A stretch of 64,000 bases of DNA from Octopus vulgaris (Eukaryota): contig OX597814.1 of NCBI GenBank assembly GCA_951406725.2, forward strand, positions 62,434,001 through 62,498,000. The letters run 5' to 3'. Positions 40,093-53,465 of this stretch are shown here, one piece after another. The translations under genes were made by a program, and so were the position numbers. Position 1 is the first letter of the stretch; the number at the start of each line of letters is the position of its first letter. Under the pieces are notes generated by a model. The model was not told the origin of the DNA, did no database searches, and worked only from the letters and a program-made list of their open reading frames with translations.

Positions 40093-40347
40093 ATCTGAAA
40101 CCATTAAGATGCAACTGGTATATTATACTATAGGCGCTGTAATTATGAAAGGTAATGTCGATCTTAGTGGGCGCCTAAGCCAAAAAAAAAAAAATAAATA
40201 ATAAAAACATGCAATTCACTGCCAGAATATATTTATTGATTACAGAATTACATAGTTTCTGACACCTAACCAAGACAGTACTGATTTTTCACAGAATATA
40301 GCCAAAATGAGGGCAGGGAAATTTAAAAATTAGGGTGTACATGTAAT

Positions 40348-40365
40348 CGCCACTAGGGGGCAGTA
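40348..40365 (+). promoter_or_regulatory. Candidate CTCF-binding motif
   Basis: CGCCACTAGGGGGCAGTA matches the CCACYAGRKGGC core. Sequence match only. Confidence 0.4.
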
Positions 40366-40751
40366 TTCAGAAATTATAAAGCTACGAGAGATGAGAAAGA
40401 ATGTTGGATTTGTAGGAATTTGAAGTCAGTACTTAGTTATATAGAACTAAATGTTCGAAACTACATATATTTCTGTCATTCAACCCGCATCAGCCGAAGA
40501 TAAAAAAAACCCGAAACAAAAATAGCAATATTTTCTTCTCAAAGATGAAACTTTGAGAAAAAGTAGTGACTTCAATGATTTTCGGAAACAATTATCAATG
40601 CGATTAAAATAATTATATTTCAACTTCTTAATTGAAACCCTCATCATGGAATCGATTCGCCAGCTGCTTCTGAAATCCATCAACCCATGGACGTTTCAAG
40701 TCCTTCCTCATCTCATCACTAAAATGAAGATAGTAATCATCCTTTCTAATT

Positions 40752-40952
40752 TTGGCACAGGGCTAGAAATTTTTAGGGATGGGGGAAATCCTTTACATCG
40801 ACCCCAGTGGTTAACTGGTTCTTATTTTATCGACTTCGAAACGATGATAGACAAAATCGACATCAGCGGCATTTGAAATTGGAAGATAATAACGGAAGAA
40901 TGTTGCTACATATTTTGTCCGGTGCAGTAACCATTCCGCCAGCTCGCTGCCT
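40752..40952 (-). mobile_element. SINE family A, degenerate
   Basis: ggcacagggc..tacatcgaccccagtg..aactgg..ttttatcgac..ccgccagctcgctgcc. Confidence 0.75.
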
Positions 40953-41727
40953 TCAAAGCGATGGTAATAATGGACTGTTTCTCATACACTTTGCAGTAGA
41001 CCGCAGATATCCCGGAATAATTTATTCCGCCAGATTTAAAAATTATAGTGTATGTATAACCGCCACGAGGAAAGTATTCAGAAATTGCTTAGCCTATTTA
41101 TAGAAAAGGATATAGCTTCCACACATAGCGCTAGTGACAATAGATAAGCATCGATCGATACTGAAATTAAATGGTTTTGGATAAAGCACGAAAGGTTATC
41201 TATAAATTACGGGCGACATATTGGGCAAACCGGTAAACAGATGATTCAAAGGACCCTACCGTGTGATTTAGCCTGAAGATTACGATAAGAGCAAACCATC
41301 CGTTGAATGCCACTTATACAGTATTTCATGTACTTCAATGAGTTGATAATTTTCATTTTTGAACAACCATAACACACTTATGTAGAAATCGCTACGTGAA
41401 TCTATCATATACATGCATACATACATACATTCATACATACATACATTCATACATAATAATACGCATACATAATATACATACAAACATATGCACATATGTA
41501 TTCTAATATTTCGCTTCGGCATTGCGGTACGAATATCCTGGTGTTAGAACTCGATATACATATGCTCCAGAACGAAGCGTTTGTCGAATACAGAGCGGTA
41601 ATAAGAAAATAAGATGATCGAGGAATAAACACTTACGAAGTTCATAAGATAATTGATTGTTTATTTCTTTGACAGCTCATTTTCTTATATACAGGTGTAT
41701 GTATATATATATGTGTGTGTGTGTATA

Positions 41728-42582
41728 CATGGTTTGATCAATAAGTACCTGGACTGTTGCTATAGTAACGAAGCTAAAGCTGCTTGGAACATTTTAAACT
41801 TGAACTCTGCTGTCATGTGCACTAAGTTTCAACGATCTAGCTTACTTCCGTTCTTTACAGCAGTGCTTAGCAGGAAGGTGCGTAGCGTGTGATTGTCGTA
41901 TATTGATCATGACAGACAAAACTGAGCAGAGATCTGCATCAAATTTTGCTAAAAGCTTGGCGATACCTGCTCAGAGGTTTACGCAAAGTTTTCCGAAAGT
42001 TTTCATCGTTCTTGAAACAATCAAGGAGATCTTGTGCAACTGAAATCCAAGTGTCTTTTTGGTCAGCCGAAAGCAGTTTTGGCAGACACGAGTCTCATAC
42101 GCAAATCTTCAGTGATAATGGACTGAACTGAACCGTAACTAATCTGCATAGCTTCTGATAACTCATGGATGGTGATTCGACGATTTCCCCTCACAGCTGC
42201 ACACACATCTGCAATATTTGTCTCAGTTCTGCTGGTTGCAAGTCTCCTTGAACTTTCGTCCTTATCGACATTGAAAACGTTTGAACCATCCGTACACTTG
42301 TGTGTGTCTCCTACACTCTTCTCCATACATTTTCTGCAACTTTGCGTTGGTCTCTGAGCAGGAATCGCTATGACAACTCTCTCTGTCATGGTCAATGCGA
42401 CGATCACACGCTAAACACATTCCTTCCAAGTATTGTTGTAAGCAACAGAAATGAGCTAGAACGTTAAAACTTAGTGCCCATACACGGCAGAGTCCAAGGT
42501 CAATCTGTGCCAAGCGGCTTCATTCTGCGTGCTTTAGCTTCATTACTATGGCAACAGTCTAGATACTTATTGGTCAGACCTC

Positions 42583-42583
<1 letters not shown>
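41728..42583. mobile_element. Mariner derivative made of two inverted 5' halves
   Basis: TIRs catggtttgatcaataagtacctggactgttgc / gcaacagtctagatacttattggtcagacctcg with TA flanks. The transposase N-terminus appears on both strands (minus strand: VYGWFKRF, RRITIHELSEAMQISYGSVQSII). Confidence 0.85.
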
Positions 42584-42649
<66 letters not shown>

Positions 42650-43289
42650 GGTGTGTATGTATATGTATATTTGTGCACGTATGTATATATGTATGTTGTA
42701 TTTGTGCATGTATGTATCTATGTAGTTATATATTTGTGTGTATGCGTGTATGTGTGCATGCGTGTGTGCAGGTATATAGAAGTATATGCGCATACGCGTG
42801 TGCATATATAATTTTCTTGTAGACCAGTTATGTGCTGTTAATGTTACTGAGAAATTTATTTTTCAAATTGAACAGCTGAAAGATTCAGTTGGCTATCAAA
42901 ATATAAAAATAGAAAAACGAGAAAAAAAAGCAAAAGGTCAAATAATCGGTAATCAATAATTCGATCAATGAGTATTATGATTGGAAAACGAATACCAAAA
43001 ATCAGCAATATTTATGTATTGTGATGTAATATGATAGAGAATCTGATATAAACAGAAGCCATACTACATCGGACATGACAAAAAGCCGCACACTGGTTAA
43101 TAAGATATAAGGCTATTAAAATGCAAATTATCAAATCAATCGTTGCGCAACTACTGTGAAAGAATAATTCGCTGTCTTAAATATTTTGTACTATTAATTT
43201 CTAATTCAACTTTTCTCATAACCGAATCTTTTATATTTTCTATCTACCCACCTCCCTCTCTCTCATAGGCATAGGCGAATATATATATA

Positions 43290-44950
43290 CACTTGCGTCG
43301 GAAATTAATTAGCACTTCTCAAATTTCTATATTTTCTTACATTTTCTTAATTTAATTAACTTATTATCAGAAACGAACTCGTTTTTAATCAAAAATTTAT
43401 TAAAACATATCCCAGCACACCACATAATTGTTATTAATCGTGAAATTTAGTCAATATCTTGTTGCTCCTCCTTTGGCAGCAATGACAGCTGCTACGCGGG
43501 TCGGCATGCTGTCTATGAGTGCCTGCAGGTACTGTGCAGGGATGGCCCTCCATGCAGCAAGAAGTGCCCCAAACAGCTTGTGTCGGTTCCTGTATTGCTG
43601 CACATTCAAATCCCTACCCAATCGACACCAGAGGTTCTCAATAGGGTTCAGGTCAGGTGACTGGCCAGGCCAGTCCATGACCGTCACCCCATGGTCCTTG
43701 ACGAAACTGGTTGTGAGCTTGGCTGTGTGGGAAGGCGCGTTGTCCTGCTGGAGCACGTACTCCTCGCCACCAAAGAGGTATCCCGTACTATCTCAGCGTA
43801 CTTTGCTGCGTTGATGTTGCCTTCGACGGCATAGAGCCGCCCAACACCACTGTAGCTGAACGCCCCTCACACCATCAGACCACCCCCACCATGCTTCATG
43901 GTGGGATCAATGCAGTCTTTGTTGAAGCGCTCACCCCTGCGGTGTCGCACATGGACAGGCTTGTCACTGACGAGACTGAATTGCGACTCGTCAGTGAACA
44001 TCACTGTCCACTACTGCTGCACAGTCCATGTCTTGTGGGCTGTAAGGAGCGGCTTATGGGCGGCCCTACAGGATTTTAGACCAGCTTCCAGTAATCTGGT
44101 CTTGACGGTAGTTGTAGACAACTGCTTCCCTGTCATCTTTTGCATCTCCTCCGCCAGTTGCTGGCTCGTTGTCCTTCGGTTGTACAGTAACTTTCGGATC
44201 AGCATCCGGTCCTCCAGCTGGGTCGTCAGCCTCTTCCGTCCCCTACCCTTTGCTGATCCGGTTTACTCGTATTTCTTAAATAAGCACTGAATTGTGCGCC
44301 TGGCTACACCAAGTTTTCTGGCTATTGCAGCCTCCGACAGCTTCCCACGCCACGAGAGAGCCTCGTACCGTCTCTCCAAGATCATGCGAGGTCTTGGGCC
44401 CATCTAGGAATGAACGATAAAAACCAGTTATTTTCATTAAAACTATTCATTTGAATAATGTTATGCTATAACAAAACTGCTATGAGTTATTATTCATTAA
44501 ACAAAAAAGAAAGAAAGCAGAATTTCTCACCTTATTTGATGTATAACAGAAAGTTTTGTGAACCGGAAGTGACATCATCAAGCAGAGTGTAGGAGAATTT
44601 GTGAGGAAAAAAAATCTTGCAAATACACAAATCAATTAACCTACGAGCTGTTCAAAACGTCTTACGCGATGAGAAAACTTAGTACGGTGTGATTTCGGTC
44701 CTTGCGAGGCGCTGCCTATATCTATTAAACAAAGGAAGATTTGTCTGCATCCGCACTCCAAGTTGTTGTTGCACTGCTATGTCAACATCATTAGGCTGTA
44801 GACTCTCAAACTGCTCTGCAAACAAAGTTACGTCATCGTTCTGCGCAACAGTGAACTCACAACAAAGCAATAGTTCGAGATATGGCCACTAGGTGACAGC
44901 AAATACCTTGAGTGAAGAGCAAATCAAGGGTGCTAATTAATTTCTGACGG

Positions 44951-44955
<5 letters not shown>
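43290..44955 (-). mobile_element. Full-length degraded Tc1 transposon
   Basis: TIRs cacttgcgtcggaaattaattagcac / gtgctaattaatttctgacggtagtt, with TA flanks. Confidence 0.92.
43451..44403 (-). pseudogene. Tc1 transposase with stops and frameshifts
   Basis: AIARKLGVARRTI, GRGRKRLTT, VMFTDES, QQDNAPSH, WPGQSPDLNPIENLW and GGATRY. Confidence 0.9.
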
Positions 44956-45002
<47 letters not shown>

Positions 45003-45007
<5 letters not shown>

Positions 45008-45247
45008 TAAGCACATAAATGTAAAACAAGGTGCGAAAAAGCAGTGCTCGAATACCGGAGGTAGAGTAATACGCTTTATCATTATTAAAACTTTAAAAAC
45101 GTCATAAAAATATCACAAAAAATGCTACTCAAAATTTCGTGTTTCCGTTCGTCGGACACAAACTAAACTGTCCAACGAACGGGAACGTGAAACTCTGAAT
45201 AGCAGTTTTTGTGATATTTCTGTGATGTTTTTGCAGCTTTAATAATA

Positions 45248-45250
<3 letters not shown>
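45003..45250. mobile_element. Fold-back insert with two hammerhead-like motifs, same family as 5805-5943
   Basis: Arms ~45080-45158 and ~45167-45250. The left extension is the reverse complement of ~5878-5938. Confidence 0.75.
45165..45208 (+). ncRNA. Hammerhead-like motif (degenerate copy)
   Basis: AAACTGT-CCAACGA-ACG GGAA CGT-GAAA-CTCTGAA-TA-GCAGTTT. The mirror copy on the minus strand (45123-45158) has core CCGACGA. Confidence 0.55.
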
Positions 45251-45346
<96 letters not shown>

Positions 45347-46296
45347 GCTGTGTCTGTGTTTGTCCCCCGTCACCGCTTGACAAACATTAAAATATCATTG
45401 GTATACTGACGAGTTTGGCTCGTGAAAAGTACATGAAGAAGGTCGGAGATATGTCAAGTGAATCGGCACCAAAATATTACCAAGAAAGTCTTCGTGCACG
45501 CACACGCTCTCTCTCTATCTCTCACACACACACATAAACACACACACACACATACACACAAACGCACACATACACACAAATACACACACACACACACACA
45601 CACACACAGGTACGCTCATACACTCGCACATATACATACGTATGTATCTTTAAGAAAAGAGAGGGGTGTAAGATAGGGAGAAAGAAGAAAAATAACCTCG
45701 CTGTGTAAAGTAGGACACTACCATTAAACTGAATATTAATGCAAATTAGATAAACAAATTTAGTGATTTTGTTTGAAGAATTTATGTGCGAAGAATGAAT
45801 ATCTGAATAATATATTCTGATGTCGATTAACCTGACATATACGTCTTCCATACAAAATTTGCTTTGTGCTATATGAAATCAATACACACACACACACACA
45901 CGCACGCACACACACACACGTGTGTGTGTGTATGTATGTATGCATGTATGTATGTATTACGAAATCTATTACATACAAATGCATAACAAAGAGACAATCT
46001 ATATTTTGTACTCTGATATTTATAATCGATGCTCTTTGTCAGTGAATAGTAAGCACCGTTACCTCCAGGAGAAATGTTGCACCGATCATGCACTTCTTGG
46101 CGCCAGTAAAGTAAGAACTGGCTCCTTGAACTAGAACTATCTTTTCAACGAGGCAACATGTAAGTCAACTCGGTCTCCCGATGCACCAGAAAAAGGAGTC
46201 AATTTTCTTTTAAACTTTGTCTATCCGTCTTAGACAGGAAAGTATTCGTTGGAGATTGTAGTTCAAATACACTATGATGGAAAATAGTGTATTCTG

Positions 46297-48568
46297 GCCT
46301 GTGTGGCAAATAAAGAATAAGTTTGTAGTTTGGTCTTCTTCCGTTGTAGTTTGTGATGAGTTATTCAAAACTGGATTTACTTGCTGTTTGTTGTATCATT
46401 AAGGTGTTAGTGTTTTAATTGTTTAAAAATTTTGCCTATTTGCAGGCGTTGTTGAAAAGTGTGTGCTTCCCCTACTAGGGAAGGAATTGAACTGCTTTGG
46501 ACTGTTGTTGCAGTGTTATTGACTGTTATTATGTTTTGAAGTGTTTTTCTTTGTGACTCGCCATTGACTGTTATTGACTGTTATTATGTTTTGAAGTGTT
46601 TTTCTTTGTGACTCGCATAAAAATAATATTCTCGCGACAAAGTGTTTTTAATATCAAGAATTTTTTTGTTGAAAAATTCAAAAATGGAATTAGAACAAAC
46701 AGTTGAAAATGGAAAAAAAGTTGGACTACGCAGCAGTTACAAACTTATCACATCAGGATATTATTATAACCAGGAAGGAATACCAGACATGTTACAGAAT
46801 GTTAACAGTTGATGGAGGAGATGCAAACATCTCCCCATCAAGTGAAATTACGTGTCAGAAAAACAATAAGACGATTATATATAAATGATTCGATGTGGAA
46901 GAGAAGATCTCATACATCACAAAGGAAAAAATTGAAAAATGCCTCGGGTCGATTTGGAATGACGTAACATATGTGGCCCGAGGCAAAAAGCTTGCCTCCA
47001 TCGAAGTGAGATTTATTAGTGTGGAGAAAGCTAGGGAGCACTCTGTTAGAACCCTAAAAACGAAGGAAGTCGTACTACTCCCCTCATATCTGGGACACAG
47101 AACGTCCCGGATTTGAATAGAGGAGGTACCACCCGAGGTAGACGTTACATGGATTGTCGCAGCTCTTTGATATGCAAGAGAAAATAAATTGAACATATTG
47201 CAAATAACCCGCTCTGCCTACCAAAATTGGTTAAAATAGAGCGTTGATATTCTCATCCAGGCCACACTTGGAGATTTAGAGGAAATCCCCGGTCGCATGA
47301 TGATCCGGAGAGGAGACAGTACTAAAAATTCAGGTCGAGGGAAGAAAGCCTCGATGCTTTAAATGTGGTAGAAAAGGCCACTTGAGAGTAAAGTGTGGCA
47401 CTTCTAAAAAGGCTCCCTCCCCGACCAGAGAAGAAGGAAAAACTGAAAAACAACAAGAAAATAAAGAGACAAAGAAGCAAAAGTCAAAGAAGAAGGAACC
47501 AAAGGAAAATACCAAAGATGGAGAAGAGCAGGCAGGTGCGAGTGAGGCTCTTCCTCGGGTAGACGACATGGGGATCATCATACCACTCGTGAAGTTCTTC
47601 CTTCCACAGTTGACCTCACTTCGAGATTTAGGTCCTTGGATCAGGCGAAGACCTAAGCTGGGTGATTGGCAATTAGAGTGCCAACAGGCATTCACGCTTC
47701 TCTCCTGGACAGGCAATACCGGCGGCTGGAGTTTCCTCGCGTACTTCTATAGTGGTTTGGTAGAGTATATGTCAGACGATGTCCTGGAGGAAACCCTGGG
47801 TTTCGATAGAAATCAGCTGGTCAACCTGCTCTGAAAGACTATCGGGCCGGGGTACCTGGATAATTACCAGAAATCCCTGGCCTAGTTGTGTTCCCGATCG
47901 GCCTTACTTGTTCGAGAGAGGCTATCGAGGCATGGTTATGACATCCTACCGACATGCCCGAGGTGAGGGTGGGACAGTGAAACTGTCTTGTACGTCTTCG
48001 TGCAGTGTGCGAAGATAAAGGGATTGATAGCCCATGTTGATCAGTTCTTGTCGACAAGAAGAGTACAGCTATTGGCTGAATCGATTATCAAGAGTGTTCC
48101 GCCCTCTTCCCCTAACAGGCAGTTTTTTCTGCATAGTAGCCATACCGAAAAAAATATTATGGAGGACATGGGCGAAAGGGATCGCGACAAGTACCTCTAT
48201 TTCCAGTCAAGGTCTAGTTAATTATTTTAACTATCACCTCAGAAGTAAGATCAGGCTGGAATAGAGATACCTATCGCACAGTATGTTTCGAAAAAGATGG
48301 CTGTATGTGGAAAGTTGAGGATAGAAGGAGCTGCCTGAGCCTAGCTATTCGGCCTGAAAAAAAAAAGGGAGCGTTGGGTTTATTAGCCCAGCAAACTTAC
48401 TAATTTTTATCCGATTTTATTTATTAAAAAATTTTTAACATTATATATTTTTTAGAATCATTAACGGAAAAAAAACCTCGAATTCTTTTATGTGTGTCTA
48501 CACTTGTGCCGTCCCCTCTATGTTCCGCCCTATGTGGCGAATAAAGAAAACGTTCGTGGTTTGGTCTT
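46297..48568 (+). mobile_element. Tx1/L1-type non-LTR retrotransposon deletion derivative
   Basis: Broken ORF1 from ~46709 with the gag-type knuckle CFKCGRKGHLRVKC, then an ORF2 C-terminal zinc-finger region (PTCPR..ETVLYVFVQC). No EN or RT is visible. AATAAA near the 3' end. Confidence 0.7.
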
Positions 48569-49424
48569 AAAAGTCCAGGTACAGTTTATAGTTTAAGTTC
48601 GTGTGTCGGAAATATTGATTGTTGATTTGTAAAAGATTGTTGGTTCGTAGTGTTTGTTACTGCCGCTGTTTCTCTTTTATATTGTTATAACACAGTTACG
48701 GTGTATTCTTTATCTATCGTCAACAATATCAACCGCACTACGATTTTGGTGGCTTAAGGATATAACTTAAGGATATGCTCCTGAGCATATGGTTATTCGA
48801 TTAGATCAAACTGGAAGCTGAAGAACAAACAACATCAGCAAGATCATCATTATTATCATCATCAGCAGCAATAACAACATCAACAACTACAACAACAATA
48901 ATAACATCTATAAAAAGCAATATTTTAAACGAGCCAGCGAGGCAGTCACTACCCGACTGATAACCTAGTTTGAAATAGCAGTCAAATCTCCACTAAGTTC
49001 ATCTTCCCGGTTTATTTCTCTAGATTTGGTAAAATATACACCCATATTATACCGATCGATTCATTGAGCGTAAATCTGGTATGTAATCTAAAATTTATTT
49101 CACAAAAGGAAATTAACCACGAAAATGTGGAAAATTAGGCAATTGCTTTCGTAAACAGACACGAAGGTTAAGTTTCAAGTTTCGCATGGGAGAGGAACTG
49201 AAACATTGGGGCGTTAAATGTTAATATTTTCCCAAAGGCAAAGATTTTGATCCAATTTCAGAGAAAGAATTTCTTTTATAAGCAACGACAAATAATTGCT
49301 TGAATGAAACCGATATATTATTGTGATTTATATAATTAACACACCCAATGATCGTATCATTAAATTTACTTAATCTACACAATTTCAGTTGTTTTAGACA
49401 CAACACACATGTGTATGTGTAAGC

Positions 49425-49551
<127 letters not shown>

Positions 49552-50214
49552 CGTGTGTATATATATGTATATATATATAGATGGATACAGACAAACATTT
49601 ACAGGCGTAAGAAATGTATTTATATGAAAATGTTCGTGATGAATACACTTTCCGTATAAATTCAGTTCTTACGCTTGTTATTGTGTGTCTTTCTACTTCC
49701 ATACCCACTCGATGATGATTCTTTTTATAGTTGACTTTCAACCTAACTCCTATGAAGAAGTTAGAATTCACGATTTGAGTTTCTACAATACTTGGTGATA
49801 CTCTGTACGAGGCTTACATAAACATCTTATTATCCATTCTTTATATACATGCATACATACATACATACACGGTGGCTGCACCCTCGTTATCGAGTATGGC
49901 CATTGCACGAAGTTTAATCAATGTTTAATATCGTGCAATGCCTGTGCAAGAAGATTATTTAAGTGAAGAAAGGCTGTGCACTGAGTCAATCCCACTCACT
50001 AAGCAACATCAGCCATAATCCGAAAAGAAGAACAAGTCAACATCATCGGTAACCACTGAGCCGCAGGTTTTATGTCGGAGTTATCCCAGTTACCCGAGTT
50101 ATCTTCTAGAAGGATGCCCTAACAGAGGCATACATACATACATACATACATACATACATACATACATACAATACAATACAATACATTACAATACAAAGCA
50201 AAACAAAAAAAACA

Positions 50215-50920
50215 AAACAGATGGTGAAATACTGGAAACATTATTACAGAAAATGTCAAACAGGAAATCCCCTGGCCTAGACCTCATAACAGGCTATTAG
50301 CCGAAGAAATTCACCTTTTATCGGCGATATCCCATACGGTTGTATGGAGAAAGTATCAAGGGCATACAAGAATTGTTCCAATGTTTATCAACTGTATACA
50401 ATTAACAAAATGTTCCAAGAAAAGAAAAACCCCAGAAAAAATCGCAGGGACTTAACCGTAATGTGATGGATTGCTAAAAGGCTTTTGATAATGTACTACA
50501 ACCATTACTGAGTGCTATCGAACGCCTGACCAAAACTTGGTACACCACTTTGCTCCTCAGGGGTGATAAGGAGCAAATTGAGTTGGATAGCATTCATGAC
50601 TAGAACGTATTTTTCAGGTTAAAAGTTTGTCCGTATTACTTTTTGTCTTCTCATTAAATCCACTATCATACCTGCTCACAAAACAGTGACCAGAGAAATG
50701 GATTCAGAAGTATCTCCCATCTTTTCTTTGTTGACGATCTGAAACTGTTTGGGCCAAATATCAACCACATAAAAAACAACTGAACCTTATAACCAAATTT
50801 TCTACAGACATTGGGATGAAGTTTGGTGAGACCAAATGTGCATTTTTGACAATAAAACACAGAACAATTGTACCCTACTCTGAAAGACTACAAATGAACA
50901 GCTTCACAATACAAACCTCT
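50215..50920 (+). mobile_element. R4/Dong-clade LINE, RT fragment
   Basis: NRKSPGLDLITGY, KAFDNV, ISHLFFVDDLKLF and FSTDIGMKFGETKC across broken frames. Confidence 0.8.
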
Positions 50921-51040
50921 ACGTATATTGTGGCTTGCTGTCAATAAATAAATACTATAAGACACAGTGCCTGATTTGCCTGGGCCTATAAAGCTGCTAC
51001 GACGGCCCTGGTTATATATATATCATCATCGTCGTCGTCG

Positions 51041-51122
<82 letters not shown>

Positions 51123-51282
51123 TCATCATTATTTAACATACACCTTCCATGAATGCATGGGTAGAACAGTTGAAGACTACACTAGGCTACTGGACGGTAG
51201 AAGACTACATTAGGCTACTGTGTCTGTTCCTAAAACCAACCACTCCGAAGGCTTGGTTTGGCATGATTTTTACAACGTGCAG

Positions 51283-51522
51283 GCCTTGAGCAAGACACTA
51301 TTTCGCGTTGCTCCAGTTCACCCAGCTGGCAAAAATGAGTATTACCTGTATTTCAAAGGGCCAGCCTTGCCACACTTTGTGTTACGCTACATCTCCCCGG
51401 GAATTACATTAGGGTATACGTATCTGGGGTGCGCTCAGCCATATGCACATTAATTTCACGAGCAAGCTGTGCGGTTGATCGGATCAGCTGGAACCCTCAT
51501 CGTCGTAACTGACGGAGTGACA
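51283..51522 (+). mobile_element. 5'-truncated SINE (CORE-like body as in 34762/35565)
   Basis: ccttgagcaagacact..gttgctccagttcacccagctggcaaaaatgagta. Confidence 0.7.
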
Positions 51523-51547
51523 GTATATATATACATACATACATACA

Positions 51548-51699
<152 letters not shown>

Positions 51700-51956
51700 C
51701 CACTTAAATACCTCGCTCAGAGATTTATTATTGCTTATATATATATACTTGATCGCTAAATCCACAAGTTTTATTATTTTCTCTCATTTTTTAAAATTAT
51801 CTCTCTGTTTATTTTCTCTTATTCTTTTCCGTTGAAGAGCGTCAATCAAATACACCTACTTGTTGTTTATGCACCTGTCTTCGTCTTTTTGTTTGTCTGT
51901 AAATTTCAACTGTATATATATAATACATATATACATACATATATATATATATCTTT

Positions 51957-52794
51957 ATAAATTTATATAAATAAGGAGAAGATCATTATTTGAAATACCG
52001 ATCATATCAAGTGGCCAGCGTGGGAATAAAAACCTTATAGGCAATAATTATTATTAAAATTATAAATAAGGATATCTAAAAGATATCACCATGCTAGAGA
52101 TAGCAGTCGAAAATTGTCTCTAAAACCACATCAAGTAATTCATACAACACCAGGAGAAAAGACAAAAGGGACAAATAAACTAGCAAAAAATTATTGAATA
52201 ATGCCAGAGATTTCTGGCTTTGCAAGCAATATACTCTGCCTCTTCAGTGGGATATACGCAGAAAGTATATAATTACAAATATATATACACAACATACGAA
52301 TATTTACCTATACGCACGTATACATGTTTTAAATACATTTAATTATAATTTTAATAATAATTATTACTTATAAGGGATCGGTATTTTAAATAACGACCTT
52401 ATCTTTATATAAATTCATATATTTACTTCGTCATTATATTCACTGCTGTGGTATTTTAACCATATAACACGTAGAGTTTAGACAGACAATTAAACCGGTT
52501 GTGTGCATACGCATATATGTATGTGTGTATATGTGCGTATATGTAAATATTCGTATTTTGTATATATATATTTGTAATTATGTACTTTCTGTGTATATCT
52601 CACTGAAGAGACAGAGTATATTGTTTGCAAAGCCAGAAATCTCTGGCATTATCCAATATTTTTTTGCTAATTTATTTGTCCCTTTGTCTTTTCTCCTGGT
52701 GTTGTATGAATTACTTGATGTGGTTTTAGAGTCAAGTTTTGACTGTTATCTCTAGCATGGTGATATCTTTTAGATACCCTTAATTATAATTTTA
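51957..52794. mobile_element. ORF-less inverted/permuted repeat insert (retrozyme-like) in (TA)n
   Basis: Inverted pairs 52055-52324/52526-52794 and 51957-52065/52343-52419. A 14-mer repeats at 52340 and 52781. CTGAAGA..GCC-A-GAAA motif at 52603-52639. Confidence 0.7.
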
Positions 52795-52842
52795 TATATA
52801 TACTACATACACAAGCTCACCCACTATCACATATACGTACAC

Positions 52843-52878
<36 letters not shown>

Positions 52879-53309
52879 CTGTATGTCAAAATGTTTAGTG
52901 TGTCAGTAAGGCCTTGCTGATTAATACAGCATAAGACGAACAGTCGAATGGGAATGTGTTTGTTGCTATTCTTAATCTCGGTTTCATGCTAATTTTACCT
53001 CTAGGACTGCTGCTAGAGGTATAAGATGTCAGCCCACCGGCGTGAGAAAATGTTTCCGAGTCTATCAAACTTCACGTAGCTAGTGATGCTGTCTGGCGTT
53101 TGCCTTTTATTTGGATAGAATTAAAAGCTTTATTCTTATTTTTATAAGAATGCCATATTAGTATGGCGATAACTATTATTTAAAAGGGTAATCGTTGGAA
53201 GAAAACAGAGAATGTTATTGCCAACACTTTCCTAACAGCTACTGCAATTAAGCTGAATCAAACGTATAGATTCTGCATTTGCGTTCGATATTACCAGCAA
53301 AGACGGAAG

Positions 53310-53465
53310 GCAGCTAGCTGGCGAACAGGCATAATCAGTTAGCGCATTTCTTCCAGTTATACTTTCTGCCTTCAAATTCCACCGAGATCAACTTTGCCTT
53401 TCACCATTTTGGGATGGACATAACTAGTCCCTTTTAAAATTGCTGGCCCTAATCAAAATTTAGAA
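53310..53465 (+). mobile_element. SINE family A, degenerate
   Basis: ttcaaattccaccgagatcaactttgcctttca..aaattgctggcc. Confidence 0.65.

Noticed and set aside
46518-46617. ~55-bp tandem duplication
   Set aside because: Ordinary slippage within the LINE 5' UTR.
51700-51912. TTGAAGAGCG as a hammerhead half-core in a (TA)n-flanked insert
   Set aside because: No GAAA or stem III follows, so it cannot be supported from this copy.
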